Below, one piece after another: positions 28,274-38,536 of a stretch of DNA of 64,000 bases. Under the pieces are notes generated by a model. It was not told the DNA's origin, searched no databases, and saw nothing but the letters and a program-made list of their open reading frames with translations. Each line of letters begins with the position of its first letter. The first letter of the stretch is position 1. Position numbers and translations under genes: made by a program. The DNA is taken from positions 2,403-66,402 of the forward strand of contig CAZYQC010000011.1 of the NCBI GenBank assembly GCA_964649815.1. The letters run 5' to 3'. The stretch is from an uncultured Rhodobacterales bacterium (GTDB lineage Bacteria; Pseudomonadota; Alphaproteobacteria; Rhodobacterales; Rhodobacteraceae).

Positions 28274-29221
28274 ATGACCGACGCCACTGCAATGACGCAG
28301 CCAAAAAGCGAAACCGAAGAGGCCACGTTTGGTGACTTTTTCGCGTTGCTCAAGCCGCGTGTGATGTCGTTGGTTGTGTTTACCGCGCTTGTGGGCCTTT
28401 TGGCGGCGCCTGTGGGCGTTCATCCGGTAATCGGCTTCGCATCGATCCTGTTCATCGCGATTGGCGCGGGGGCCTCTGGGGCGCTGAACATGTGGTGGGA
28501 CGCCGATATTGATCAGGTGATGAAGCGCACGAAAAAGCGCCCCATCCCGGCTGGCAAAGTCTCTGCCGAAGACGCGCTTTATATCGGTGTTGCGCTGTCT
28601 GGCCTGTCGGTCATTATGCTGGCTTTGTCGGCGAACCTGCTTGCGGCCGGCTTGCTTGCGTTCACGATCTTCTTTTACGCCGTCATTTATTCCATGTGGC
28701 TCAAGCGGTCGACGCCGCAGAACATTGTGATCGGTGGCGCCGCGGGTGCCTTTCCACCGGTCATCGGCTGGGTTGTGGCGACCGGGTCTATGTCGCTCGA
28801 AGCCTGGTTGATGTTCGCCCTGATCTTTATGTGGACGCCTCCGCATTTCTGGGCGCTGGCCCTGTTCATGCGGTCGGATTATGACGACGCTGGCGTGCCG
28901 ATGCTGACGGTGACCCACGGGCGTCGTGCGACACGCATTCACATCCTGGCGTATACGCTCCTGCTCGCTCTGCTGGCGATCGGCACGGCCTTTACCAGCG
29001 TCGGCGGCCCGATTTACCTGGCGGCTGCGGTTATCCTCAACGGGATGTTCCTGAAAGGCGCCATCGACATTTGGCGCCGCGATGAAACGCGGGCAGATGC
29101 GGATGACTACAAAGTCGAAAAGCGGTTCTTCCGCCTGTCGCTTCTGTATCTCTTCCTGCATTTCGGCGCCATTCTCGCCGAAGCGTTGCTAAAGCCTTGG
29201 GGCTTGGGAGGGTGGACATGA
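28274..29221 (+). CDS. ctaB: Heme o synthase (protoheme IX farnesyltransferase)
   Basis: UbiA-family polytopic protein with [19 protein letters not shown] motif. Confidence 0.95.
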   Translation: MTDATAMTQPKSETEEATFGDFFALLKPRVMSLVVFTALVGLLAAPVGVHPVIGFASILFIAIGAGASGALNMWWDADIDQVMKRTKKRPIPAGKVSAEDALYIGVALSGLSVIMLALSANLLAAGLLAFTIFFYAVIYSMWLKRSTPQNIVIGGAAGAFPPVIGWVVATGSMSLEAWLMFALIFMWTPPHFWALALFMRSDYDDAGVPMLTVTHGRRATRIHILAYTLLLALLAIGTAFTSVGGPIYLAAAVILNGMFLKGAIDIWRRDETRADADDYKVEKRFFRLSLLYLFLHFGAILAEALLKPWGLGGWT

Positions 29222-29391
29222 TCCGCGCGGAACACGAAATGCATGCCCGCCGTCGTGGGCGCAACATCGGGGTTGGCCTTGTGCTGGCTGGCTTTGTCGT
29301 GCTGGTGCTGGCGTTGACCGTTGTCAAAGTCACGCGCGGCGATTTTGAAATGGTGCCGACAGCGGCCACATCTTCGGGGGGATCGAATTGA
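29218..29391 (+). CDS. Small single-TM protein between ctaB and ctaG
   Basis: The ATG at 29218 overlaps the ctaB stop (ATGA) and its stop overlaps the ctaG start. [38 protein letters not shown]: basic N-terminus plus one TM helix. Confidence 0.5.
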   Translation: MIRAEHEMHARRRGRNIGVGLVLAGFVVLVLALTVVKVTRGDFEMVPTAATSSGGSN

Positions 29392-29966
29392 TGCAATTGT
29401 CCGGGCCTCAAAAGACCGTGTTTCAAACACTGAGCTTGGTCGTGGTGATGGGCGGCCTCGCTTGGGCATCGGTTCCGTTCTACGATTGGTTCTGCCGCGT
29501 CACGGGCTTTGGCGGAACGCCAAGCATCTCAGAAGTCGCCAGCGACGAGATCCTCGATCAGACGATCACAGTGCGCTTTGACGCCTCGCTGGAACGCGAT
29601 ATGCCCTGGGAATTCCGCCCCGAAGTCCGCGAGATGGAAATCCGCATCGGCGAGACGGGCTTGGCCTTCTACGAAGCCTACAACCCGACTAACCGGCCTG
29701 TTGCAGGCTCGGCCAGCTATAACGTCGCCCCATACGAGGCGGGCTGGTTCTTTTCGAAAATTGACTGCTTCTGCTTTGAAGAGCAGGTGTTGCAACCCGG
29801 TCAAAGCGTCATGATGCCCGTGACCTTCTATGTTGACCCAGAAATTGTGACGGATCGTGACGCAAAATACGTGCACACCATCACACTGTCTTATACATTC
29901 TACGAAATTGATCTGCCGGAGGCCTATGCGCAGGCCGACACACGCGAGATCACAGTGCAAAACTAA
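29388..29966 (+). CDS. ctaG: Cytochrome c oxidase copper-assembly protein CtaG (Cox11)
   Basis: N-terminal TM anchor and Cox11 copper motif CFCFEEQ. Confidence 0.9.
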   Translation: MMQLSGPQKTVFQTLSLVVVMGGLAWASVPFYDWFCRVTGFGGTPSISEVASDEILDQTITVRFDASLERDMPWEFRPEVREMEIRIGETGLAFYEAYNPTNRPVAGSASYNVAPYEAGWFFSKIDCFCFEEQVLQPGQSVMMPVTFYVDPEIVTDRDAKYVHTITLSYTFYEIDLPEAYAQADTREITVQN

Positions 29967-29978
29967 GGACCACAGAAC

Positions 29979-30779
29979 ATGGCGCACGCAAAAAACCACG
30001 ATTACCATATTCTGAACCCCTCTATCTGGCCCTTCCTCGGCGCGGTTGGCGGGTTTGCCATGCTCTTCGGCGCGGTGCTGTGGATGCACGACGTCACGCC
30101 TTGGCTCTTCTGGGGCGGCCTGGTTGCTGTCCTCTACGTCATGTTCGCATGGTGGAGTGAGGTCGTCACCGAAAGCCACGTTGGCGATCACACGCCTGTT
30201 GTGCGCATCGGTCTGCGTTATGGCTTTATCCTCTTTATCATGTCCGAGGTCATGTTCTTCTCGGCCTGGTTCTGGTCGTTCTTCAAGCACGCCATGTACC
30301 CGATGGAGAACTATGTCGGCACGGAGTATGTGGCGCCTGAATTCTATCAGGTGAACGCGCTGGAACTGCCGCTGATGAACACGCTGATCCTGCTTTTGTC
30401 GGGCTGTGCCGTGACATGGGCGCACCACGCGCTTGTTCACACAGGCAACCGCAAAGACCTGATCAACGGTCTGGCCATCGGTATCGTGCTGGGCATCCTG
30501 TTCACCGGCCTGCAGGCCTATGAATATGGCTATCTGCTCAAGCAAGGATGGGAGTTTGGCGGCGATGAGTTCTTCTCGAACTTCTTCATGGCGACAGGCT
30601 TTCACGGCTTTCACGTGATCATCGGAACCATCTTCCTGACGGTCTGCCTGTTCCGCGCGATGCGCGGCCACTTTACTGCCGAGCGGCACGTGGGTTTTGA
30701 GGCCGCAGCTTGGTACTGGCACTTTGTTGACGTGGTCTGGCTGTTCCTCTTCTTTGCTGTGTACCTCTGGGGCGTCTGA
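29979..30779 (+). CDS. ctaE: aa3-type cytochrome c oxidase subunit III
   Basis: Seven-TM profile with typical blocks [40 protein letters not shown]. Confidence 0.95.
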   Translation: MAHAKNHDYHILNPSIWPFLGAVGGFAMLFGAVLWMHDVTPWLFWGGLVAVLYVMFAWWSEVVTESHVGDHTPVVRIGLRYGFILFIMSEVMFFSAWFWSFFKHAMYPMENYVGTEYVAPEFYQVNALELPLMNTLILLLSGCAVTWAHHALVHTGNRKDLINGLAIGIVLGILFTGLQAYEYGYLLKQGWEFGGDEFFSNFFMATGFHGFHVIIGTIFLTVCLFRAMRGHFTAERHVGFEAAAWYWHFVDVVWLFLFFAVYLWGV

Positions 30780-30865
30780 TCCGGTTGCACCTGAGCGAAT
30801 AGCGCTTACAACGCAAACGGCGTGCAGGGGATCCTGGCACGCCGTTTTCTTTTCAAGAGGGGCCG

Positions 30866-31549
30866 ATGCGGCGGTTTCTGTTTCTATTGATTTTTGGGCT
30901 GGGCGGCGCAGGCATCCTGATTTGGCTCGGCGTCTGGCAGGTGCAGCGCCTGGCCTGGAAGGAAGACATGCTCGCGCAAATCGAGAGCCGTATCAGCGAT
31001 GCGCCGGTCGCGTTGCCAGACACGTTCGATCCCGCCCAGGATCGCTATATGCCAGTGGCCACCCAGGGTGCCTTTGATGGCGCGACATTGCGTGTTCTGA
31101 TTTCGGTCAAGCGGGAAGGGCCGGGGTATCGGCTGATCACCCCGTTTGAGACCACAGATGCGCGGCGCATCTTGGTGGATCGTGGCTGGATCGGTGTCGA
31201 GGCGCCGCTGCCGTCCTTGCCCCAGGGGCGCGTGCGCGTGGTTGGAAACCTGCATTGGCCCGACGAGATCGACAGCTTTACACCAGAGCCGGACAAAGCG
31301 GGGAACACCTGGTTCGCGCGCGAGGTCTCGGTCATGGCCGAAGAGCTGGAAACCGAGCCTGTTTTGCTGGTTGTACGCGAAGCGTCGTATCCAGACCTTG
31401 GCGTGACGCCCTTGCCCGTGGACACGGCGGGCATTCCGAACGATCACCTGCAATACGCAATCACCTGGTTTTCCCTTGCCTTCATCTGGCTTGGGATGAC
31501 TGCTTTCTTCACGATGCGCTCGTCGCGTGTCGCAACACAAAGGCCCTGA
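30866..31549 (+). CDS. SURF1-family cytochrome oxidase biogenesis protein
   Basis: Two terminal TM helices and SURF1 blocks LGVWQVQRLAWK, VDRGWI, HLQYAITWFSLA. Confidence 0.85.
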   Translation: MRRFLFLLIFGLGGAGILIWLGVWQVQRLAWKEDMLAQIESRISDAPVALPDTFDPAQDRYMPVATQGAFDGATLRVLISVKREGPGYRLITPFETTDARRILVDRGWIGVEAPLPSLPQGRVRVVGNLHWPDEIDSFTPEPDKAGNTWFAREVSVMAEELETEPVLLVVREASYPDLGVTPLPVDTAGIPNDHLQYAITWFSLAFIWLGMTAFFTMRSSRVATQRP

Positions 31550-31552
31550 CCC

Positions 31553-32941
31553 ATGCGGTATGTATCCACCCGCGGCTCTGCTCCTGAACTGACTTTCGAA
31601 GACACGATGCTGACCGGCCTGGCCCGCGATGGCGGGCTTTATGTCCCGGCAGAGATACCGGTGCTTGGCGCCGACGACATCGCTGCCATGCAAGGATTGC
31701 CGTACGAGGATATCGCCTATCGGGTCATGCGTCCCTTTGTGGGCGAGACGTTCACAGACGAAGAGTTTCGGGCCTGCATCGACAAAGCCTACGCCAGTTT
31801 TGGCCATGCGGCGCGCGCACCTTTGGTTCAGCTGGACCAGGGGCATTTCCTGCTCGAACTGTTCCACGGCCCGACCCTCGCCTTCAAAGATTTCGCCATG
31901 CAATTGATTGGCCAGCTTTTTCAAACCGCGCTGAAACGGCGCGGTCAAAAGGTGACCATCGTCGGCGCAACCAGCGGCGACACAGGATCGGCCGCGATAG
32001 AAGCCTTTCGCGGTTTGGAGAATGTCGATGTCTTCATCCTTTATCCGCATGGTCGCGTGTCAGAGGTGCAGCGCCGGCAAATGACCACCCCGGTCGAGCC
32101 AAACGTGCATGCCTTGGCGCTAGAGGGTGACTTTGACGATTGTCAGGCGCGTCTGAAGGATATGTTCAACGACTTTACCTTCCGTGATGAGGTTGGCCTT
32201 GCCGGGGTGAACTCGATCAATTGGGCGCGTGTGCTGGCCCAGGTGGTGTATTACTTTTCCTCGGCGGTCGCACTGGGCGCGCCAGAGCGCAGCGTGAGCT
32301 TTACGGTGCCCACCGGCAACTTTGGCGACATCTTTGCAGGCTATGTCGCCAAGCGCATGGGCTTGCCGATCGACAAGCTGGTCGTTGCGACGAACCAAAA
32401 CGATATTCTCCACCGTTGTCTGAGCGGGCATGGCTATCACAAGGGGGAAACGATCCCCTCGATCAGCCCGTCAATGGATATTCAAGTGTCCTCCAACTTT
32501 GAACGCGCCCTTTTCGACGCCTACAATCGGGACGGGGCCGCTGTGGCGCAGTTGATGGACGAACTCAAAGCCGGGGGCTTCGACGTCAGCCAAGGCGCGC
32601 TGCAAGCTTTGCAAGAGATCTACCAATCCGGGCGCGTCTCTGAGGAAGAGACCAGCGCCCAGATCACAGCCTCTTTGGCCGCCAGCAATGAGCTTTTGTG
32701 CCCGCACAGCGCGATCGGCGTAAAGGTGGCCGAGGCGCTGCGCACGCCGCAGACGCCCATGATCACATTGGCGACCGCGCATCCTGCCAAATTCCCCGCT
32801 GCGGTTGAAGCTGCAACCGGAGTGCATCCGCCTCTTCCCCCGCGCATGGCAGACCTGTATGACAGGTCGGAACGGCTGACACGGGTGCCCAATGATCTTG
32901 CGGCACTCGAAGCGCATATCAGGGAACATCGCGCCTCGTGA
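31553..32941 (+). CDS. thrC: Threonine synthase
   Basis: MRYVSTRG start and PLP-lysine block PTLAFKDFAMQ. Length and overall pattern match long-form ThrC. Confidence 0.95.
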   Translation: MRYVSTRGSAPELTFEDTMLTGLARDGGLYVPAEIPVLGADDIAAMQGLPYEDIAYRVMRPFVGETFTDEEFRACIDKAYASFGHAARAPLVQLDQGHFLLELFHGPTLAFKDFAMQLIGQLFQTALKRRGQKVTIVGATSGDTGSAAIEAFRGLENVDVFILYPHGRVSEVQRRQMTTPVEPNVHALALEGDFDDCQARLKDMFNDFTFRDEVGLAGVNSINWARVLAQVVYYFSSAVALGAPERSVSFTVPTGNFGDIFAGYVAKRMGLPIDKLVVATNQNDILHRCLSGHGYHKGETIPSISPSMDIQVSSNFERALFDAYNRDGAAVAQLMDELKAGGFDVSQGALQALQEIYQSGRVSEEETSAQITASLAASNELLCPHSAIGVKVAEALRTPQTPMITLATAHPAKFPAAVEAATGVHPPLPPRMADLYDRSERLTRVPNDLAALEAHIREHRAS

Positions 32942-34200
32942 CAACGCAAATACACCGCCTCTCCAACGGCTTTCGCATCGTAACCGAACATATGCCGGGC
33001 CTTGCCTCGGCATCTATCGGGATTTGGGTCAATGCCGGCGCGCGTCATGAGCGCGTCCAGCAAAACGGAATTGCGCATTTCCTTGAGCATATGGCGTTCA
33101 AAGGCACCGAACGTCGGAGCGCGTTGCAAATCGCAGAGGCGATCGAAGATGTCGGGGGCTATATCAACGCCTACACCAGCCGCGAAGTGACGGCCTATTA
33201 CGCGCGTGTGCTGGGCAATGATGTTGCACTGGCGCTTGATGTGATTTCCGACATCCTGCTCAATCCGGTCTTTGACGAAAGCGAGATCGAGGTCGAGCGT
33301 GGCGTGATCCTGCAAGAAATCGGTCAGTCCCTGGACACGCCCGACGATGTGATCTTTGACTGGCTGCAAGAAAAAGCCTTTCCCGGACAGCCTCTGGGCC
33401 GTCCTATTCTGGGGCCGTCCGAGCGGGTGTCGCGGTTTGCACGCGATGATCTGCAAAGCTTTGTGGGCGAGCATTACGGGCCGGATCAGATGATCCTGTC
33501 TGCGGCAGGTATGGTGGATCACGACAGCCTGGTCGAAGCCGCGGAAAAGCTCTTTGGCCATTTGGCGCCACGCCCACGCGCAGCAGCCGAGCTGGGGCGC
33601 TTTGACGGTGGCGAGATGCGCCAGGTCAAGGCGTTGGAACAGGCGCATTTTGCTTTGGCCTTTGAAAGCCCCGGCTACCGCGACGATGCGATTTACACCG
33701 CTCAGATCTATTCGGGCGCTTTGGGCGGCGGCATGTCGAGCCGCCTGTTCCAGGAAATCCGAGAGAACCGTGGCCTGTGCTATTCGATTTTTGCGCAAAC
33801 GGGCGCTTATGCCGACACTGGTATGACAACGATCTATGCGGGCACGTCGGGTGAACAACTGGCTGATCTGGCAACGCTGACCATCGACGAGATGAAGCGA
33901 TGCGCCGCTGATTTGTCTCCGGCCGAGGTTGCGCGGGCGCGGGCGCAGATGAAAGCGGGTTTGTTGATGGGGCTCGAAAGCCCATCCAACCGGGCCGAGC
34001 GTTTGGCGCGTCTGGTCCAGATTTGGGATCGCGTGCCGCCCCTGGAAGAAACCGTCGCCCGTATTGACGCGGTCACAACCGGCGATGTGCGCGAGTTTGC
34101 GGCCCATATGGCGGAACAGGCGCCTGCAGCGATGGCGCTTTACGGCCCCGTTGACACAGCGCCAACGTTGGAACGTCTGCAGGAGAGGCGCGCCGCGTAA
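32938..34200 (+). CDS. M16-family zinc peptidase
   Basis: Inverted zinc motif HFLEHMAFKGT (HxxEH). GTG start overlaps the thrC stop (GTGA). Confidence 0.9.
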   Translation: MTTQIHRLSNGFRIVTEHMPGLASASIGIWVNAGARHERVQQNGIAHFLEHMAFKGTERRSALQIAEAIEDVGGYINAYTSREVTAYYARVLGNDVALALDVISDILLNPVFDESEIEVERGVILQEIGQSLDTPDDVIFDWLQEKAFPGQPLGRPILGPSERVSRFARDDLQSFVGEHYGPDQMILSAAGMVDHDSLVEAAEKLFGHLAPRPRAAAELGRFDGGEMRQVKALEQAHFALAFESPGYRDDAIYTAQIYSGALGGGMSSRLFQEIRENRGLCYSIFAQTGAYADTGMTTIYAGTSGEQLADLATLTIDEMKRCAADLSPAEVARARAQMKAGLLMGLESPSNRAERLARLVQIWDRVPPLEETVARIDAVTTGDVREFAAHMAEQAPAAMALYGPVDTAPTLERLQERRAA

Positions 34201-34784
34201 TGCTTCTGGCCAAGCGCAAGCTTCGGATCGAAACAGAGCGGCTGACGTTGCGCCCGCCTATACATTCCGACTTTCGGTCCTGGACGTCGCTGCGACTGGC
34301 CAGCGAGAGCCATCTTGTCCCGTGGGAGCCCACCTGGGCAGAAGATCACCTCAGCCGCAAAGCCTTTACCAATCGTGTCTATTGGGCGCAGAGATCTGTG
34401 ACCGCTGGCACGGCGATGCCGCTCTTTTTGATCCGCCGCTCGGATGACATTCTGATCGGGGCGATCACCTTGGACAACATCCGACGCGGACCTGCGCAGG
34501 CCGGCACATTGGGTTATTGGACGGGCGAGGCCTATGCCCGCCAAGGGTATATGCGCGAGGCGATCCTGGCGGTCGTTCATCACGCCTTCACGCGCCTGGA
34601 CCTCAGCCGGATCGAAGCCGCGTGTTTGCCGGAAAACGCGGCGTCCCGCGGTCTGTTAGAGCGCAGCGGCTTTAAGTACGAAGGCGTTGCCCAAAGCTAT
34701 TTGCAGATCGATGGACGCTGGCGGACGCATGTTCTTTATGCGTCGTTGCGATCAGATCGGCGCGGGAAAACCGACGCGGGTTAA
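34200..34784 (+). CDS. GNAT N-acetyltransferase (RimJ/RimL-like)
   Basis: Acetyl-CoA fold blocks IGAITLDNI, LGYWTGEAYARQGYMREA, NAASRGLLERSGFKYEG. Start overlaps the M16 stop by 1 nt (TAATG). Confidence 0.85.
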   Translation: MLLAKRKLRIETERLTLRPPIHSDFRSWTSLRLASESHLVPWEPTWAEDHLSRKAFTNRVYWAQRSVTAGTAMPLFLIRRSDDILIGAITLDNIRRGPAQAGTLGYWTGEAYARQGYMREAILAVVHHAFTRLDLSRIEAACLPENAASRGLLERSGFKYEGVAQSYLQIDGRWRTHVLYASLRSDRRGKTDAG

Positions 34785-34829
34785 CGCCGCTTGTTTGGGC
34801 ATCTTGCCGGTGATCCGGCAATTTGCGGC

Positions 34830-35099
34830 CTAGGGCCAGGACCCATTGATGTGAATATCTCAACGCCGAAAAATGAGCGAGATCAATGGTTTGATCCCTG
34901 CGGCGAAGTCTGGTTGACTTTGCAAAGGGATCAAGACGTTGAGATTGTGCATTTCTCGGTGCCCTTCGGGTTCGCCGGATTTTGCGCCTGACGTCTGATC
35001 AAAGCCTTGAAATAGAACCACTATTCCTGTGGCTTAGATCTTAGTCAGACACAAAATCTGGCGAATTGAGGCACTCACATTAATGGGTCCTGACCCTAG
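34830..35099. mobile_element. 270-bp non-coding element bounded by 24-bp terminal inverted repeats (MITE-like, or a long-stem structured RNA)
   Basis: Left end ctagggccaggacccattgatgtg (34830-34853). Reverse complement of the right end (35076-35099) is ctagggtcaggacccattaatgtg, matching 22/24. The interior is visibly AT-richer and has a 9-bp internal stem ttgatccct (34891-34899) / agggatcaa (34926-34934). Confidence 0.4.
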
Positions 35100-35149
35100 C
35101 GGGCGAAAAAAGTCTTGGCCCGCGCGGGCGCTGTCCTACCCTTAAGCAC

Positions 35150-35968
35150 ATGCGCTTGATCATCGGTTTGTTCTTCCTCCTTTTTGCCACCGGCCTTGCC
35201 GCGCAAGACCGCACGCCCAGCCACTGCATCGCATTGGCCGAGGCGCCGGGCATGTCCTTTGTTCACCAGGCCAGCTTTGAAGCACCTGTTGCCGAAGAAA
35301 CGGTGCGCATCCGATACATCGCGCATGCCAGCTTTCTGATCAGCACGCATGGCGGGTTGAATATGATCACGGATTACACCGGCTTTACCGGGCGCAGTGC
35401 GTTCGTGCCGGATGTGGTGACGATGAACCATGCGCATGGCTCGCATTGGACGGCCTTCCCCGATCCGGCCATCCCGCATGTTTTGCCGGGGTGGGGTGAA
35501 TTCGGCAAAGGCGTCACACATCGCCTTGATCTGGGCGAAGTGCTGGTGCGCAATGTCTCAACCGATATTCGGTCCCAATTCGGGCGCACAGAACCCAAGG
35601 GCAATTCGATTTTCGTGTTCGAGGTCGCCGGGCTCTGCGTTGGGCATTTGGGGCATTTGCATCACGAACCAAGCGCCGAGCAATATGCAGCACTTGGGCG
35701 TCTGGACGTTGTCATGGCGCCGGTCGATGGGGGGATGACCCTCGATTTGCCGACGATGATAAACGTCATCAACCGGTTGCGATCCTCTATTGTCATCCCG
35801 ATGCATTGGTTTGGTGAATACACGCTCAACGCCTTTTTGTCCGGGATGCGCGAGACGTTTCAGGTTGTGGACGTCGAAGGCCCGTCGCTTGACGTGTCGC
35901 TAAGCCGCTTGCCGTCGCGGCCCACAATCATGGTTTTGCGGCCTGAATTTTTGCCGGAAATTGAGTGA
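35150..35968 (+). CDS. MBL-fold metallo-hydrolase, secreted
   Basis: Signal peptide MRLIIGLFFLLFATGLAAQ. Metallo-beta-lactamase-fold blocks IRYIAHASFLI and VVTMNHAHGSHW. Confidence 0.8.
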   Translation: MRLIIGLFFLLFATGLAAQDRTPSHCIALAEAPGMSFVHQASFEAPVAEETVRIRYIAHASFLISTHGGLNMITDYTGFTGRSAFVPDVVTMNHAHGSHWTAFPDPAIPHVLPGWGEFGKGVTHRLDLGEVLVRNVSTDIRSQFGRTEPKGNSIFVFEVAGLCVGHLGHLHHEPSAEQYAALGRLDVVMAPVDGGMTLDLPTMINVINRLRSSIVIPMHWFGEYTLNAFLSGMRETFQVVDVEGPSLDVSLSRLPSRPTIMVLRPEFLPEIE

Positions 35969-36005
35969 CGGTTGCACCTGGGCAATCTGTGCCGGATAAG
36001 ACGGC

Positions 36006-37421
36006 ATGCCTTTGACCTCCCTTACCGATGATGTGGCCGCGCAGTTTCGTGCGGCTTTGCCGGACGACAGATTTCGCGCACCAGAAGCGAAGTATCTCGA
36101 AGAACCTCGTGGCCGATTTGCGGGCCAGGCCGGTCTGATCGCAACACCTCACAGCACCGAAGACGTGGCGCGCCTGATCCGGCTGGCGTCTGACCTGAAC
36201 GTCGCTGTGGTGCCCTATGGCGGTGGGACGGGACTGGTCGGGGGGCAGGTTGCCGAAGGGGCGCTGGTGCCGCTTGTGATGTCGACAGAGCGCATGACAA
36301 AGGTGCGCGCCGTCTATCCGCAGGAAAATGTGTTGATTGCGGATGCGGGCGTTATTTTGGCGGATGTTCAGGCGGCCGCGGCTGAGGCCGGTCGTCTGTT
36401 TCCGTTGTCACTTGCGGCAGAAGGCTCTGCCCGGATCGGCGGAAACCTCGCGACCAACGCGGGCGGCACAGGTGTTTTGCGATATGGCAACGCGCGCGAC
36501 CTCTGTCTGGGGGTCGAAGCGGTTTTGCCCGATGGCAGTATCTATCACGGTTTGTCGCGCCTTCGAAAAGACAACACCGGCTATGACCTGCGGCATCTGC
36601 TGATCGGTGCCGAGGGCACGCTTGGCATCATCACGGCCGCCGCGCTCAAGCTCTTTGCGCGCCCCTCAGATCGGGCGGTCGCGATGCTGGCGGTTGCGTC
36701 CCCACAGGCCGCACTGTCGGTTCTGGAATGCCTGCGCAACCACGCCGGCGAAAGTGTCAGCGCGTTCGAGCTGATCCACCGCCAAGGCTATGATTTTCTG
36801 CGCGACACCCTGCCTGATATTCGCCGCCCTTGGGACGATCCGCCGGATTGGTCCATCCTGGTCGAGCTTGGCATGTCCCACGCTGGCCAAGGCATTCAGA
36901 CGCTGGAAACCGTGTTCGAAGAGACGGTGAACGCCGGGTGGGTCAGTGACGGTATGATCGCCCAATCCGAGGCTCAGGCCGACGCCTTTTGGTCTGTACG
37001 CGAACATATCCCCGAGGCAAACCGGCGGATCGGGTCGGTGTCCAGTCACGACATTTCCGTCCCCTTGGGCGCGTTGCCCGCGTTCATCGAAGAAGGCGGG
37101 CGGCGTATCTCTCGGCTTGGCGCCTTTCGGATCAATTGTTTCGGCCATGTGGGCGATGGCAATTTGCACTACAACGTCTTTCCCATGCCCGGAAAATCCC
37201 GCGCAGACCATTTGGCCGAGCGTGACGAGATCAAGCGCGTTGTGCATGACCTGACCGATGAGCTTGGCGGTTCGGTCAGTGCCGAACATGGGGTCGGGCG
37301 GCTCAAGGTGAAGGATCTGGAACGCTATGGCGATCCGGCCAAGCTGGCGGCAATGCGGGCGATCAAGTCGGCGCTTGATCCCAAGGGCATCATGAACCCA
37401 GGCGCCGTTCTGCGCGCGTGA
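36006..37421 (+). CDS. FAD-linked oxidase (GlcD / D-2-hydroxyacid dehydrogenase-like)
   Basis: FAD-binding PCMH domain motif VVPYGGGTGLVGG and C-terminal FAD-oxidase domain SAEHGVGRLK. Confidence 0.9.
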   Translation: MPLTSLTDDVAAQFRAALPDDRFRAPEAKYLEEPRGRFAGQAGLIATPHSTEDVARLIRLASDLNVAVVPYGGGTGLVGGQVAEGALVPLVMSTERMTKVRAVYPQENVLIADAGVILADVQAAAAEAGRLFPLSLAAEGSARIGGNLATNAGGTGVLRYGNARDLCLGVEAVLPDGSIYHGLSRLRKDNTGYDLRHLLIGAEGTLGIITAAALKLFARPSDRAVAMLAVASPQAALSVLECLRNHAGESVSAFELIHRQGYDFLRDTLPDIRRPWDDPPDWSILVELGMSHAGQGIQTLETVFEETVNAGWVSDGMIAQSEAQADAFWSVREHIPEANRRIGSVSSHDISVPLGALPAFIEEGGRRISRLGAFRINCFGHVGDGNLHYNVFPMPGKSRADHLAERDEIKRVVHDLTDELGGSVSAEHGVGRLKVKDLERYGDPAKLAAMRAIKSALDPKGIMNPGAVLRA

Positions 37422-37535
37422 TCCGGGGGGACAGCAGCGCCTTTCGTTACAAGTTCTGACAAAGGCGTGGGGGGCTCTGGTTTTGGCGGTTTCAATGGAT
37501 AGGTTAAGGCCACTTCAGAAACGACGGAGGCCCGG

Positions 37536-37994
37536 ATGCCAGTTATTTCAAGACGTATGATGTTAGCAGCCACGCTGGCGGCACCCGTTGCCGCGATCGC
37601 CTGGCCAGCCCAAGCGAAGACAAAGTCGGTCTATTCAGACCGAGGTGTGGCCGTGGATGGCAGTGATGTCGTGGCCTATTTCACCCAAGGCAAACCTGTC
37701 GCAGGCAGCAAAGACATCACGCATGATTGGAATGGAGTGACTTGGCGCTTTTCGTCTGAGGCCAATCGCGCGGCCTTTGCCGCCGCGCCCGAGACATATG
37801 CCCCGCAATATGGCGGCTATTGCGCCTATGCCGTCAGCGAAGGCTATACGGCCTCTACGACGCCAGAAGCGTGGCGCATTGTGGATGGCAAGCTCTACCT
37901 CAACTATTCGCGCCGGGTGCAGCGCCGTTGGGAAGGCGACATTCCAGGGCGGATCGCAGCCGCTGACGCCAATTGGCCTGAGGTTTTGAACTAA
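37536..37994 (+). CDS. YHS-domain periplasmic protein (Cys form of the YHS (seleno)protein family)
   Basis: Signal peptide MPVISRRMMLAATLAAPVAAIAWPAQA. Blocks VAVDGSDVVAYF, WRFSSEANRAAF, QYGGYCAYAV. Confidence 0.8.
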   Translation: MPVISRRMMLAATLAAPVAAIAWPAQAKTKSVYSDRGVAVDGSDVVAYFTQGKPVAGSKDITHDWNGVTWRFSSEANRAAFAAAPETYAPQYGGYCAYAVSEGYTASTTPEAWRIVDGKLYLNYSRRVQRRWEGDIPGRIAAADANWPEVLN

Positions 37995-38005
37995 ACGCCT
38001 GAGGG

Positions 38006-38536
38006 TCAGTCGCCGTCAAAAGCGCATAGGGCATGGACATCCATGCCCATCGCCTCAAGCTTTTTGCGACCGCCGAGGTCGGGCAGATCGACAACAAAGG
38101 CACAGCCTATGATTTGCCCGCCCAAACGCTCGACCAACTTGATCCCCGCCTCTGCGGTGCCGCCAGTGGCCAAGAGATCGTCAACCAGCAAAATCTTCTC
38201 GCCCGCAGTGATGGCATCGTCATGAACCTCGACAACGGCCTCGCCGTATTCGAGCGTGTAGGCTTGGCTGATGGTGGCCCCGGGCAGCTTGCCTTTCTTG
38301 CGGATGGGCACAAACCCGACCGAGAGCTGGTGCGCAATCGCGCCGCCCAGAATAAATCCGCGCGCCTCAAGACCCACAACCTTGTCAATGCGCATCCCCG
38401 CATAGGGGTGCAGCATTTGATCGACGGCAATGCGAAAGCCGCGCGGGTCCGCAAAAAGCGTGGTGACATCGCGGAACATGATCCCTTCGTGGGGAAAGTC
38501 GACAATAGTGCGGATGTAATCCTGAACGGTTTTCAT
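38006..38536 (-). CDS. apt: Adenine phosphoribosyltransferase
   Basis: ATG at 38536 ([27 protein letters not shown]) and PRPP motif [14 protein letters not shown]. Start overlaps the lysE-family stop (ATGA). Confidence 0.95.
   Translation of the reverse strand: MKTVQDYIRTIVDFPHEGIMFRDVTTLFADPRGFRIAVDQMLHPYAGMRIDKVVGLEARGFILGGAIAHQLSVGFVPIRKKGKLPGATISQAYTLEYGEAVVEVHDDAITAGEKILLVDDLLATGGTAEAGIKLVERLGGQIIGCAFVVDLPDLGGRKKLEAMGMDVHALCAFDGD

Noticed and set aside
27809-29161. 450-aa minus-strand ORF across ctaC/ctaB
   Set aside because: Codon-aligned shadow frame of ctaB: 28274-27809 is a multiple of 3. The composition is Arg/His/Gln-rich junk. The sense-strand genes carry clear CuA and UbiA motifs.
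29529-30722. 397-aa minus-strand ORF across ctaG/ctaE
   Set aside because: Codon-aligned antisense of ctaE: 29979-29529 is a multiple of 3. No recognisable domain.
30884-32050. 388-aa minus-strand ORF across surf1/thrC
   Set aside because: Codon-aligned antisense of both sense genes (offsets 18 and 669 nt). No motifs.
32620-34107. 495-aa minus-strand ORF across thrC/M16 peptidase
   Set aside because: Codon-aligned antisense of the M16 gene (offset 318 nt). No motifs.
34791-34991. 66-codon ORF inside the TIR-bounded element
   Set aside because: It starts outside the left inverted repeat and reads through it. There is no SD and no recognisable fold, and it ends mid-element. It is more likely a chance ORF in AT-richer DNA.
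37536-37994. Possible selenoprotein (YHS (seleno)protein family)
   Set aside because: The family's redox position is encoded here as Cys (QYGGYCAYAV). There is no in-frame TGA and no SECIS-like hairpin, so this is the ordinary Cys form.
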